DNA of 64,000 bases, taken from NCBI RefSeq assembly GCF_009914755.1, contig NC_060937.1; one strand, 5' to 3'. Source of the stretch: the human T2T-CHM13v2.0 reference genome, Homo sapiens. The position numbers and the translations under genes were made by a program. Every line of letters starts with the position of its first letter. Position 1 is the stretch's first letter. Below, piece by piece: positions 29,501 to 45,850 of this stretch. The notes under the pieces are model-generated. The model had not been told where the DNA came from, searched no databases, and saw only the letters and a program-made list of their open reading frames with translations.

Positions 29501-32500
29501 CCAAAGTACCCCAAATATATATTATATACTGTACATGAAATATCAAAGTTCACAAACTATATATTATATACTGTACATAAAATACCAAACTACCCAAGGT
29601 ATATATTCCATACTGTACAAAAAATATCAAAGTACCCAAAGCATGTATTAAATAGTGTATATAAAATATGAAAGTACATCAAATATATATTTAATTCTGT
29701 ACATAAAATATCAAAGTAAACCAAATATATATTCTATAGTGTACATAAAATATCAAAGTACCCAAACTATACATTATATACTGTACAGAAAATATGAAAT
29801 TACATCAAATATATATTATATTATGTACATAAAATATGAAAGTACATCAAATATAGATTATATACTGTACATAAAATACCAAAGAACCCCAAATATATAT
29901 TATATACTCTACATGAAATATCAAAGTTCACAAACTATATATTATATACTGTACATAAAATATCAAAGTACCCAAGGTATATATTCTATACTGTACAAAA
30001 AATATCAAAGTACCCAAAGCATGTATTATATACTGTACATAAAATATGAAAGTACATCAAATATATATTTTGTTCTGTACATAAAATATCAAAGTACACC
30101 AAATATATATTCTATAGTGCACATTAAATATCAAAGTACCCAAAATATACATTATATACTGTACATAAAATATGAAATTACATCAAATATATATTATATT
30201 AGGTACATAAAATATGAAAGTACATGAAATACATATTATATACTGTACATAAAATACCAAAGTACTCCAAATACATATTATATACTGTACATGAAATATC
30301 AAAGTTCACAAACTATATATTATATACTGTACATAAAAAATCAAAGTACCAAAGGTATATATTCTATACTGTACAACAAATATCAAAGTACCCAAAGCAT
30401 GTATTATATAATGTACATAAAATATGAAAGTACATCAAATATATATTTTATGCTGTACATAAAATATCAAAGTACACCAAATATATATTCTATAGTGTAC
30501 ATAAAATAGCAAAGTACCCAAACTATACATTATATACTGTACATAAAACATGAAATTACATCAAATATATATTATATTAGGTACATAAAATATGAAAGTA
30601 CATCAAATGTAAATTATATACTGTACATAAAATACCAAAGAACCCCAAATATATATTATATACTGTACATGAAATATCAAAGTTCACAAACTATATATTA
30701 TATACTGTACATAAAATATCAAAGTACCCAAGGTATATATTCTATACTGTACAAAAAATATCAAAGTACCCAAAGCAAGTATTATATACGGTACATAAAA
30801 TATGAAAGTACATCAAATATATATTTTATTCTGTACATAAAATATCAAAGTACACCAAATATATATTCTATAGTGTACATAAAATATCAAAGTACCCCAA
30901 CTATACATTATATACTGTACATAAAATATGAAATTACATCAAATATATATTATATTAGGTACATAAAATATGAAAGTACATCAAATATAAATTATATACT
31001 GTACATAAAATACCAAAGAACCCCCAATATATATTATATACTGTACATACAATATCAAAGTTCACAAACTATATATCATATACTGTACATAAAATATCAA
31101 AGTACCGAAAGTATATATTCTATACTGTACAAAAAATATCAAAGTACCCAAAGCATGTATTATATACTGTACATAAAATATGAAAGTACATCAAATATAT
31201 ATTTTATTCTGTACATAAAATATCAAAGTACACCAAATATATATTCTATAGTGTACATAAAATATCAAAGTACCCAAACAATACATTATATCCTGTACAT
31301 AAAATATGAAATTACATCAAATATATATTATATTAGGTACATAAAATATGAAAGTACATCAAATATAAATTATATACTGTACATAAAATACCAAAGTACC
31401 CCAAATATATATTATATACTGTACATGAAATATCAAAGTACACAAACTATATATTATATACTGTACATAAAATATCAAAGTACCCAAGGTATATATTCTA
31501 TACTCTACAAAAAATATCAAAGTACCCAAAGCATGTATTATATACGGTACATAAAATATGAAAGTACATCAAATATATATTTAATTCTGTACATAAAATA
31601 TCAAAGTACACCAAATATATATTCTATAGTGTACATAAAATATCAAAGTAGCCAAACTATACACTATATACTGTACATAAAATATGAAATTACATCAAAT
31701 ATATATTATATTATGTACATGAAATATGAAAGTACATCAAATATAGATTATATACTGTACATAAAATACCAAAGTACACCAAATATATATTTTATACTGT
31801 ACATGCAATATCAAAGTTCACAAACTATATATTATATACTGTACATAAAAAATCAAAGTACCCAAGGTATATATTCTATACTGTACAAAAAATATCAAAG
31901 TACCCAAAACATGTATTACATACTGTTCATAAAATATGAAAGTACATCAAATATATATTTTATTCTGTACATAAAATATCAAAGTACACCAAATATATAT
32001 TCTATAGTGTACATAAAATATCAAAGTACCCAAACTATACATTATATACTGTACATAAAATATGAAATTACATCAAATATATATTATATTAGGTACATAA
32101 AATATGAAAGTACATCAAATATAGATTATACACTGTACATAAAATACCAAAGAATCCCAAATATATATTATATACTGTACATGAAATATCAAAGTTCACA
32201 AACTACATATTATATACTGTACATAAAATATCAAAGTACCCAAGGTATATATTCTATACTATACAAAAAATATCAAAGTACCCAAAGCATGTATTATATA
32301 CTGTTCAAAAAATATGAAAGTACATCAAATATATATGTTATTCTGTACATAAAATATCAAAGTACACAAAATATATATTCTATAGTGTACATAAAATATC
32401 AAATTACCCAAACTATACATTATATACTGTACATAAAGTATGAAATTACATCAAATATATATTATATTAGGTACATAAAATATGAAAGTACATCAAATAT

Positions 32501-35500
32501 AAATTATATACTGTACATAAAATATCAAAGTACCCCCAATATATATTATATACTGTACATGAAATATCAAAGTTCAAAAACTATATATTATATACTGTAC
32601 ATAAAATATCAAAGTACACAAGGTATATATTCTATACTGTACAAAAAATATCAAAGTATCCAAAACATGTATTATATACTGTTCATAAAATATCAAAGTA
32701 CATCAAATATATATTTTATTCTGTACATAAAATATCAAAGTACACCAAATATATATTCTATAGTGTACATAAAATATCAAAGTACCCAAACTATACATTA
32801 TATACTGTACATAAAGTATGAAATTACATCAAATATATATTATATTAGGTACATAAAATATGAAAGTACATCAAGTATAGATTATATACTGTACATAAAA
32901 TATCAAAGTACCCCAAATATATATTATATACTGTACATGAAATATCAAAGTTCACAAACTATATATTATATACTGTAAATAAAATATCAAAGTACCCAAG
33001 GTATATATTCTATACTGTACAAAAAATATCAAAGTACCCAAAGCATGTATTATATACTGTACATAAAATATGAAAGTACATCAAATATATATTTAATTCT
33101 GTACATAAAATATCAAAGTACACCAAATATATATTCTATAGTGTACATAAAATATCAAAGTACCCAAACTATACATTATATACTGTACATAAAATATGAA
33201 ATTACATCAAATATATATTATATTAGGCACATAAAATATGAAAGAATATCAATTATAGATTATATACTGTACATGAAATACCAAAGTACCCCAAATATAT
33301 ATTTTATACTGTACATGCAATATCAAAGTTCACAAACTACATATTATATACTGTACATAAATATCAATGTGCCCAAGGTATATATTCTATGCTGTACAAA
33401 AAATATCAAAGGACCCAAAGCATGTATTATATACTGTACATAAAATATGAAAGTACATCAAATAAATATTTTATTCTGTACATAAAATATCAAAGTACAC
33501 CAAATACATATTCTATAGTGTACATAAAATATCAAAGTACCCAAACTATACATTATGTACTGTACATAAAATATGAAATTACATCAAATATATACTATAT
33601 TATGTACATAAAATATGAAAGTACATCAAATATAGATTATATACTGTACATAAAATACCAAAGTTCCCCAAACAAATATTTTATACTGTACATGCAATAT
33701 CAAAGTTCACAAACTATATATTATATACTGTACATAAAATATCAAAGTACCGAAGGTATATATTCTATACTGTACAAAAAATATCAAAGTACCGAAAGCA
33801 TGTATTATATACTGTACATAAAATATGAATGTACATCAAATATATATTTTATTCTGTACATAAAATATCAAAGTACACCAAATATATATTCTATAGTGTA
33901 CATAAAATATCAAAGTACCCAAACCATACATTATATACTGTACATAAAATATGAAATTACATCAAATATATATTATATTAGGTACATAAAATATGAAAGT
34001 ACATCAAATATAGATTATATAGTGTACATAAAATACCAAAGTACCGCAAATATATATTATATACTGTACATGAAATATCAAAGTTCACAAACTATATATT
34101 ATATACTGTACATAAAATATCAAAGTACCCAAGGTATATATTCTATACTGTACAAAAAATATCAAAGTACCCAAAGCATGTATTATATACTGTACATAAA
34201 ATATGAAAGTACATCAAATATATATTTTATTCTGTACATAAAATATCAATGTACACCAAATATATATTCTATAGTGTACATAAAATATCAAAGTACCCAA
34301 ACCATACATTATATACTGTACATAAAATATGAAATTACATCAAATATATATTATATTAGGTACATAAAATATGAAAGTACATCAAATATAGATTATATAC
34401 TGTACATAAAATACCAAATTACCCCAAATACATATTATATACTGTACATGAAATATCAAAGTTCACAAACTATATATTATATACTGTACATAAAATATCA
34501 AAGTACCGAAGGTATATATTCTATCCTGTACAAAAAATATCAAACTACCCAAAGCATGTATTATATACTGTACATAAATTATGAAAGTACATCAAATATA
34601 GATTTTATTCTGTACATAAAATATCAAAGCACACTAAATATATATTCTATAGTGTACATAAAATATCAAACTACCCAAACTATACATTATATACTGTACA
34701 TAAAATATGAAATTTCATCAAATTTATATTATATTAGGTACATAAAATATGAAAGTACATCAAATATAAATTATATACTGTACATAAAATACCAAAGTAC
34801 CCCAAATATATATTATATACTGTACATGCAATATCAAAGTTCACAAACTATATATCATATACTGTACATAAAATATCAAAGTACCGAAGGTATATATTCT
34901 ATACTGTACAAAAAATATCAAAGTACCCAAAGCATGTATTATATACTGTACATAAAATATGAAAGTACATCAAATATATATTTTATTCTGTACATAAAAT
35001 ATCAAAGTACACAAAATATATATTCTATACTGTACATAAAATATCAAAGTACCCAAACTATACATTATATACTGTACATAAAACATGAAATTACATCAAA
35101 TATATATTATATTATGTACATAAAATATGAAAGTACATCAAATATAGATTATATACTGTACATAAAATACCAAAGTACACCAAATATATATTTTATACTG
35201 TACATGCAATATCAAAGTTCACAAACTATATATTATATACTGTACATAAAATATCAAAGTACCCAAGGTATATATTCTATACTGTACAAAAAATATCAAA
35301 GTACCCAAAGCATGTATTATATACTGTACATAAAATATGAAAGTACATCAAATATATATTTTATTCTGTACATAAAATATCAAAGTACACTAAATATATA
35401 TTCTATAGTGTACATAAAATATCAAAGTACCCAAACTATACATTATATACTGTACATAAAATATGAAATTACATCAAATATATATTATATTAGGTACATA

Positions 35501-38500
35501 AAATATGAAAGTACATCAAATATAGATTATATACTGTACATAAAATACCAAAGTTCCCCAAATACATATTATATACTGTACATGAAATATCAAAGTTCAC
35601 AAACTATATATTATATACTGTACATAAAATATCAAAGTACCCAAGTTATATATTCTATACTGTACAAAAAATATCAAAGTACCCAAAGCAAGTATTATAT
35701 ACTGTACATAAAATATGAAAGTACATCAAATATATATTTTATTCTGTACATAAAATATCAAAGTACACCAAATATATATTCTATAGTGTACATAAAATAT
35801 CAAAGTACCCAAACTATACATTATATACTTTACATAAAATATGAAATTACATCAAATATATATTATATTAGGTACATAAAATATGAAAGTACATCAAATA
35901 TAAATTATATACTGTACATAAAATACCAAAGTACCCCAAATATATATTATAAACTGTACATGCAATATCAAAGTTCACAAACTATATATCATATACTGTA
36001 CATAAAATATCAAAGTACCGAAGTTATATATTCTATACTGTACAAAAAATATCAAAGTACCCAAAGCATGTATTATATACTGTACATAAAATATGAAATT
36101 ACATCAAATATATATTATATTATGCACATAAAATATGAAAGTACATCAAATATATATTATATACTGTACATAAAATACCAAAGTACCCCAAATACATATT
36201 ATATACCGTACATGAAATATCAAAGTTCACAAACTATATATTATATACTGTACATAAAATATCAAAGTACCGAAGGTATATATTCTATACTGTACAAAAA
36301 ATATCAAAGTACCCAAAGCATGTATTATATACTGTACATAAAATATGAAAGTACGTCAAATATATATTTTATTCTGTACATAAAATATCAAAGTACACCA
36401 AATATATATTCTATAGTGTACATAAAATATCAAACTACCCAAACTATACATTATATACTGTACATAAAACATGAAATTACATCCAATATATATTATATTA
36501 GGTACATAAAATATGAAAGTACATCAAATATAAATTATATACTGTACATAAAATACCAAAGTACCCCAAATATATATTATATACTGTACATGAAATATCA
36601 AAGTTCACAAACTATATATTATATACTGTACATAAAAAATCAAAGTAACCAAGGTATATATTCTATACTGTACAAAAAATATCAAAGTACCCAAAGCATG
36701 TATTATATACTGTACATAAAATATGAAAGTACATCAAATATATATTTTATTCTGTACATAAAATATCAAAGTACACTAAATATATATTCTATAGTGTACA
36801 TAAAATATCAAAGTACCCAAACTATACATTATATACTGTACATAAAATATGAAATTACATCAAATATATATTATATTAGGTACATAAAATATGAAAGTAC
36901 ATCAAATATAGATTATATACTGTACATAAAATACCAAAGTAACCCAAATACATATTATATACTGTACATGAAATATGAAAGTTCACAAACTATATATTAT
37001 ATACTGTACATAAAATATCAAAGTACCCAAGGTATATATTCTATACTGTACAAAAAATATCAAAGTACCCAAAGCAAGTATTATATACTGTACATAAAAT
37101 ATGAAAGTACATCAAATATGTATTTTATTCTGTACATATAATATCAAAGTACACCAAATATATATTCTATAGTGTACATAAAATATCAAAGTACCCAAAC
37201 TATACATTAGAAACTGTACATAAAGTATGAAATTACATCAAATATATACTATATTATGTACATAAAATATGAAAGTACATCAAATATAGATTATATACTG
37301 TATGTAAAACACCAAAGTACCCCAAATATATATTTTATACTGTACATGAAATATCAAAGTTCACAAACTATATATTATATACTGTACATAAAATACCAAA
37401 GTACCGAAGGTATATATTCTATACTGTACAAAAAATATCAAAGTACCCAAAGCATGTATTATATACTGTACATAAAATATGAAAGTACATCAAATATATA
37501 TTTTATTCTGTACAAAAAATATCAAAGTACACCAAATATATATTCTATAGTGTACATTAAATATCAAAGTACCCAAGCTATACATTATATACTGTACATA
37601 AAATATGAAATTACATCAAATATATATTATATTAGGTACATAAAATATGAAAGTACATCAAATATACATTATATACTGTACATAAAATACCAAAGTACCC
37701 CAAATTCACATTATATACTGTACATGAAATATGAAAGTTCACAAACTATATATTATATACTGTACATAAAATATCAAAGTACCCAAGGTATATATTCTAT
37801 ACTGTACAAAAAATATCAAAGTACCCAAAGCATGTATTATATACTGTACATAAAATATGAAAGTACATCAAATATATATTTTATTCTGTACATAAAATAT
37901 CAAAGTACACCAAATATATATTCTATAGTGTTCATAAAATATCAAAGTACCCAAACTATACATTATATACTGTACATAAAATATGAAAATACATCAAATA
38001 TATATTATATTAGGTACATAACATATGAAAGTACATCAAATATAAATTATATACTGTACATAAAATACCAAAGTACCCCAAATATATATTATATACTGTA
38101 CATGCAATATCAAAGTTCATAAACTATATATCATATACTGTACATAAAATATCAAAGTACCGAAGGTATATATTCTATGCTGTACAAAAAATATCAAAGT
38201 ACCCAAAGCATGTATTATATACTGTACATAAAATATGAAAGTACATCAAATATATATTTTATTCTGTACATAAAATATCAAAGTACACCAAATATATATT
38301 CTATAGTGTACATAAAATATCAAAGTACCCAAACTATACATTATATACTGTACATAAAATATGAAATTACATCAAATATATATTACATTAGGTACATAAA
38401 ATATGAAAGTACATCAAATATAAATTATATACTGTACATAAAATACCAAAGTACCCCAAATATATATTATATACTGTACATGAAATATCAAAGTTCACAA

Positions 38501-41500
38501 ACTATATATTATATACTGTACATAAAATATCAAAGTACCCAAGGTATATATTCTATACTCTACAAAAAATATCAAAGTACCCAAAGCATGTATTATATAC
38601 GGTACATAAAATATGAAAGTACATCAAATATATATTTAATTCTGTACATAAAATATCAAAGTACACCAAATATATATTCTATAGTGTACATAAAATATCA
38701 AAGTAGCCAAACTATACATTATATACTGTACATAAAATATGAAATTACATCAAATATATATTATATTATGTACATAAAATATGAAAGTACATCAAATATA
38801 GATTATATACTGTACATAAAATACCAAAGTACACCAAATATATATTTTATACTGTACATGCAATATGAAAGTTCACAAACTATATATTATATACTGTACA
38901 TAAAATATCAAAGTACCCAAGGTATATATTCTATACTGTGCAAAAAATATCAAAGTACCCAAAGCATGTATTATATACTGTACATAAAATATGAAAGTAC
39001 ATCAAATATATATTTTATTCGGTACATAAAATATCAAAGTACACTAAATATATATTCTATAGTGTACATAAAATATCAAAGTACCCAAACTATACATTAT
39101 ATACTGTACATAAAATATGAAATTACATCAAATATATATTATATTAGGTACATAAAATATGAAAGTACATCAAATATAGATTATATACTGTACATAAAAT
39201 ACCAAAGTACCCCAAATACATATTATATACTGTACATGAAATATCAAAGTTCACAAACTATATATTATATACTGTACATAAAATATCAAAGTACCCAAGG
39301 TATATATTCTATACTGTACAAAAAATATCAAAGTACCCCAAGCAAGTATTATATACTGTACATAAAATATGAAAGTACATCAAATATATATTTTATTCTG
39401 TACATAAAGTATCAAAGTACACCAAATATGTATCCTATAGTGTACATAAAATATCAAAGTACCCAAACTATACATTATATACTGTACATAAAATATGAAA
39501 TTACATCAAATATATATTATATTAGGTACTTAAAATATGAAAGTACATCAAATATAAATTATATACTGTACATAAAGTACCAAAGTACCCCAAATATATA
39601 TTATATACTGTACATGCAATATCAAAGTTCACAAACTATATATCATATACTGTACACAAAATATCAAAGTACCGAAGGTATATATTCTATAGTGTACAAA
39701 AAATATGAAAGTACGCAAAGCATGTATTATATACTGTACATAAAATATGAAAGTACATCAAATATATATTTTATTCTGTACATAAAATATCAAAGTACAC
39801 CAAATATATATTCTATAGTGTACATAAAATATCAAAGTACCCAAACTATACATTATATACAGTACATAAAATATGAAATTACATCAAATATATATTATAA
39901 TAGGTACATAAAATATGAAAGCACATCAAATATAAATTATATACTGTACATAAAATACCAAAGAACCCCAAATATATATTATATACTGTACATGAAATAT
40001 CAAAGTTCACAAACTATATATTATATACTGTATATAAAATATCAAAGTACCCAAGGTATATATTCTATACTGTACAAAAAATATCAAAGTACCCAAAGCA
40101 TGTATTATATACTGTTCATAAAATATGAAAGTACATCAAATATATATTTTATTCTGTCCATAAAATATCAAAGTACACCAAATATATATTCTATAGTGTA
40201 CATTAAATATCAAAGTACCCAAACTATACATTATATACTGTACATAAAATATGAAATTACATCAAATATATATTATATTAGGTACATAAAATATGAAAGT
40301 ACATCAAATATAGATTATATACTGTACATAAAATACCAAAGTACCCCAAGTACATATTATATACTGTACATGAAATATCAAAGTTCACAAGCTATATATT
40401 ATATACTGCACATAAAATAGCAAAGTACCCAAGGTATATATTCTATACTGTACAAAAAATATAAAAGTACCCAAAACATGTATTATATACTGTACATAAA
40501 ATATGAAAGTACATCAAATATATATTTTATTCTGTACATAAAATATCAAAGTACACCAAATATATATTCTATAGTGTACATAAAATATCAAATTACCCAA
40601 ACTATACATTATATACTGTACATAAAATGTGAAATTACATCAAATATATATTATATTAGGTACATAAAATATGAAAGTACATCAAATATAAATTATATAC
40701 TGTACATAAAATATCAAAGTACCTCAAATATATAGTATATACTGTACATGAAATATCAAAGTTCACAAGCTATATATTATATACTGCACATAAAATAGCA
40801 AAGTACCCAAGGTATATATTCTATACTGTACAAAAAATATAAAAGTACCTAAAACATGTATTATATACTGTACATAAAATATGAAAGTACATCAAATATA
40901 TATTTTATTCTGTACATAAAATATCAAAGTACACCAAATATATATTCTATAGTGTACATAAAATATCAAAGTACCCAAAGTATACATTATATACTGTACA
41001 TAAAATATGAAATTACATCAAATATATATTACATTAGGTACATAAAATATGAAAGTACATCAAATATAGATTATATACTGTACATAAAATATCAAAGTAC
41101 CCCAAATATATATTATATACTGTACATGAAATATCAAAGTTCACAAACTATATATTATATACTGTACATAAAATATCAAAGTACCCAAGGTATATATTCT
41201 ATACTGTACAAAATATATCAAAGTACCCAAAGCATGTATTATATACTGTACATAAAATATGAAAGTACATCAAATAAATAGTTTATTCTGTACATAAAAT
41301 ATCAAAGTACACCAAATATATATTCTATAGTGTACATAAAATATCAAAGTACCCAAACTATACATTATAAACTGTAGATAAAATATGAAATTACATCAAA
41401 TATATACTATATTATGTACATAAAATATGAAAGTACATCAAATATAGATTATATACTGTACATAAAATACCAAAGTACCCCAAATAAATATTTTATACTG

Positions 41501-44500
41501 TACATGCAATATCAAAGTTCACAAACTATATATTATATACTGTACATAAAATATCAAAGTACACCAAATATATATTCTATATTGTACATAAAATATCAAA
41601 GTACCCAAACTATACATTATAAACTGTAGATAAAATATGAAATTACATCAAATATATACTATATTATGTACATAAAATATGAAAGTACATCAAATATAGA
41701 TTATATACTCTACATAAAATACCAAAGTACCCCAAATAAATATTTTATACTGTACATGCAATATCAAAGTTCACAAACTATATATTATATACTGTACATA
41801 AAATATCAAAGTACCGAAAATATATATTCTATACTGTACAAAAAATATCAAAGTACCCAAAGCATGTATTATATACTGTACATAAAATATGAAAGTACAT
41901 CAAATATATATTTTATTCTGTACATAAAATATCAAAGTACACCAAATATATATTCTATAGTGTACATAAAATATCAAAGTACCCAAACTATACATTACAT
42001 ACTGTACATAAAATATGAAATTACATCAAATATATATTATATTAGGTACATAAAATATGAAAGTACATCAAATATAAATTATATACAGTACATAAAATAC
42101 CAAAGAACCCCAAATATATATTATATACTGTACATGAAATATCAAAGTTCACTAACTATATATTATATACTGTACATAAAATATCAAAGTACCCAAGGTA
42201 TATATTCTATACTCTACAAAAAATATCAAAGTACCCAAAGCATGTATTATATACTTTACATAAAATATGAAAGTACATCAAATATACATTTAATTCTGTA
42301 CATAAAATATCAAAGTACACCAAATATATATTCTTTAGAGTACATAAAATATCAAAGTACCCAAACTATACATTATATACTGTACATAAAATATGAAATT
42401 ACATCAAATATATATTACATTAGGTACATAAAATATGAAAGTACATCAAATGTAGATTATATACGGTACATAAAAGACCAAAGTACACCAAGTATATATT
42501 ATATACTGTACATGCAATATCAAAGTTCACAAACTATATATTATATACTGTACATAAAATATCAAAGTACCCAATGTATATATTCTATACTGTACAAAAA
42601 ATATCAAAGTACCCAAAGCATGTATTATATACTGTACATAAAATATGAAAGTACATCAAATATATATTTTATTCTGTACATAAAATATCAAAGTACACTA
42701 AATATATATTCTATAGTGTACATAAAATATCAAAGTACCCAAACTATACATTATATACTGTACATAAAATATGAAATTACATCAAATATATATTATATTA
42801 GGTACATAAAATATGAAAGTACATCAAATATAGATTATATACTGTACATAAAATACCAAAGTACCCCAAATACATATTATATACTGTACATGAAATATCA
42901 AAGTTCACAAACGATATATTATATACTGTACATAAAATATCAAAGTACCCAAGGTATATATTCTATACTGTACAAAAAATATCAAAGTACCCAAAGCATG
43001 TATTATATACTCTTCATAAAATATGAAAGTACATCAAATATATATTTTATTCTGTACATAAAATATCAAGGTACACCAAATATATATTCTACAGTGTACA
43101 TCAAATATCAAACTACCCAAACTATACATTATATACTGTACATAAAATGTGAAATTACATCAAATATATATTATATTAGGTACATAAAATATGAAATTAC
43201 ATCAAATATATATTATATACTCTACATAAAATACCAAAGTACCCCAAATACATATTATATACTGTACATGCAATATCCAAGTGCACAAACTATATATTAT
43301 ATACTGTACATAAAATATCAAAGTAACGAAGCTATATATTCTATACTGTACAAAAAATATCAAAGTACCCAAAGCATGTATTATATACTGTACATAAAAT
43401 ATTAAAGTACATCAAATATATATTTTATTCTGTACATAAAATATCAAAGTACACCAAATATATATTCTATACTGTACATAAACTATCAAAGTACCCAAAC
43501 TATACATTATATACTGTACATAAAATATGAAATTACATCAAATATATATTATATTAGGTACATAAAATATGAAAGTACATCAAATATAGATTATATACTG
43601 TACATAAAATACCAAAGTACCCCAAATACATATTATATACTGTACAAGAAATATCAAAGTTCATAAACTATATATTATATACTCTACATAAAATATCAAA
43701 GTACCCAAGGTATATATTCTATACTGTACAAAAATATCAAAGTACCCAAATCATGTATTATATACTGTACATACAATATGAAAGTACATCAAATATAGAT
43801 TATATACTGTACATAAAATACCAAAGAACCGCAAATATATATTATATAGTGTACATGAAATATCAAAGTTCACAAACTATATATTATATACTGTACATAA
43901 AATATCAAAGTACCCAAGGTATATATTCTATACTGTACAAAAAGTATCAAAGTACCCAAAGCATGTATTATATACTGTACATAAAATAATAACGTACATC
44001 AAATATATATTTTATTCTGTACATAAAATATCAAAGTACACTAAATATATATTCTATAGTGTACATAAAATATCAAAGTACCCAAACTATACATTATATA
44101 CTGTACATAAAATATGAAATTACATCAAATATATATTATATTATGTACATAAAATATGAAAGTACATCAAATATAAATTATATACTGTACATAAAATACC
44201 AAAGTAACCCAAATATATATTATATACTGTACATGCAATATCAAAGTTCACAAACTATATATCATATACTGTACATAAAATATCAAAGTACCGAAGGTAT
44301 ATATTCTATACTGTACAAAAAATATCAAAGTACCCAAAGCATGTATTATATACTGTACATAAAATATGAAATTACATCAAATATATATTTTATTCTGTAC
44401 ATAAAATATCAAAGTACACAAAATATATATTCTATACTGTACATAAAATATCAAAGTACCCAAACTATACATTATATACTGTACATAAAATATGAAATTA

Positions 44501-45850
44501 CATCAAATATATATTATATTAGGTACATAAAATATGAAAGTACATCAAATATAAATTATATACTGTACATAAAATACCAAAGTACCCCAAATATATATTA
44601 TATACTGTACATGAAATATCAAAGTTCACAAACTATATATTATATACTGTACATAAAATATCAATGTGCCCAAGGTATATATTCTATACTGTACAAAAAA
44701 TATCAAAGTACCCAAAGCATGTATTATATACTGTTCATAAAATATGAAAGTACATCAAATATATATTTTATTCTGTACATAAAATATCAAAGTACACCAA
44801 ATATATATTCTATAGTGTACATAAAATATCAAAGTACCCAAACCATACATTATATACTGTACATAAAATATGAAACTACATCAAATATATATTATAATAG
44901 GTACATAAAATATGAAAGTACATCAAATATAAATTATATACTGCACATAAAATACCAAAGAACACCAAATATATATTATATACTGTACATGAAATATCAA
45001 AGTTCACAAACTATATATTATATACTGTATATAAAATATCAAAATACCCAAGGTATATATTCTGTACTGTATAAAAAATATCAAAGTACCCAAAGCATGT
45101 ATTATATACTGTTCATAAAATATGAAAGTTCATCAAATATATATTTTTTTCTGTACATAAAATATCAAAGTACACCAAAAATATATTCTATAGTGTACAT
45201 AAAATATCAAAGTACCCAAACCATACATTATATACTGTACATAAAATATGAAATTACATCAAATATATATTATATTAGGTACATAAAATATGAAAGTACC
45301 TCAAATATAGATTATATAGTGTACATAAAATACCAAAGTACCCCAAATATATATTATATACTGTACATGAAATATCAAAGTTCACAAACTATATATTATA
45401 TACTGTATATAAAATATCAAAGTACCCAAGGTATATATTCTGTACTGTATAAAAAATATCAAAGTACCCAAAGCATGTATTATATACTGTTCATAAAATA
45501 TGAAAGTTCATCAAATATATATTTTTTTCTGTACATAAAATATCAAAGTACACCAAATATATATTCTATAGTGTACATAAAATATCAAAGTACCCAAACT
45601 ATACATTATATACTGTACATAAAATATGAAATTACGTCAAATATATATTATATTATGTACATAAAATATGAAAGTACATCAAATATAGATTATATACTGT
45701 ACATAAAATACCAAAGTACACCAAATATATATTTTATACTGTACATGAAATATCAAAGTTCTCAAACTATGTATTATATACTGTAGATAAAATATCGAAT
45801 TACCCAAGGTATGTATTCTATACTGTACAAAAAATATCAAAGTACCCAAA
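17501..45850 (+). repeat. Sub-array D1: indel-poor 378-bp domain with nested duplications
   Basis: Enriched variants are ATAAATTAT (M3), AAGAACCCC and AATACATAT (M4), ATGCAATAT (M5) and ACCGAAGG (M6). The ORF track stays in one frame from 18807 to ~33360 and again from ~33389 to ~43730. Confidence 0.75.
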
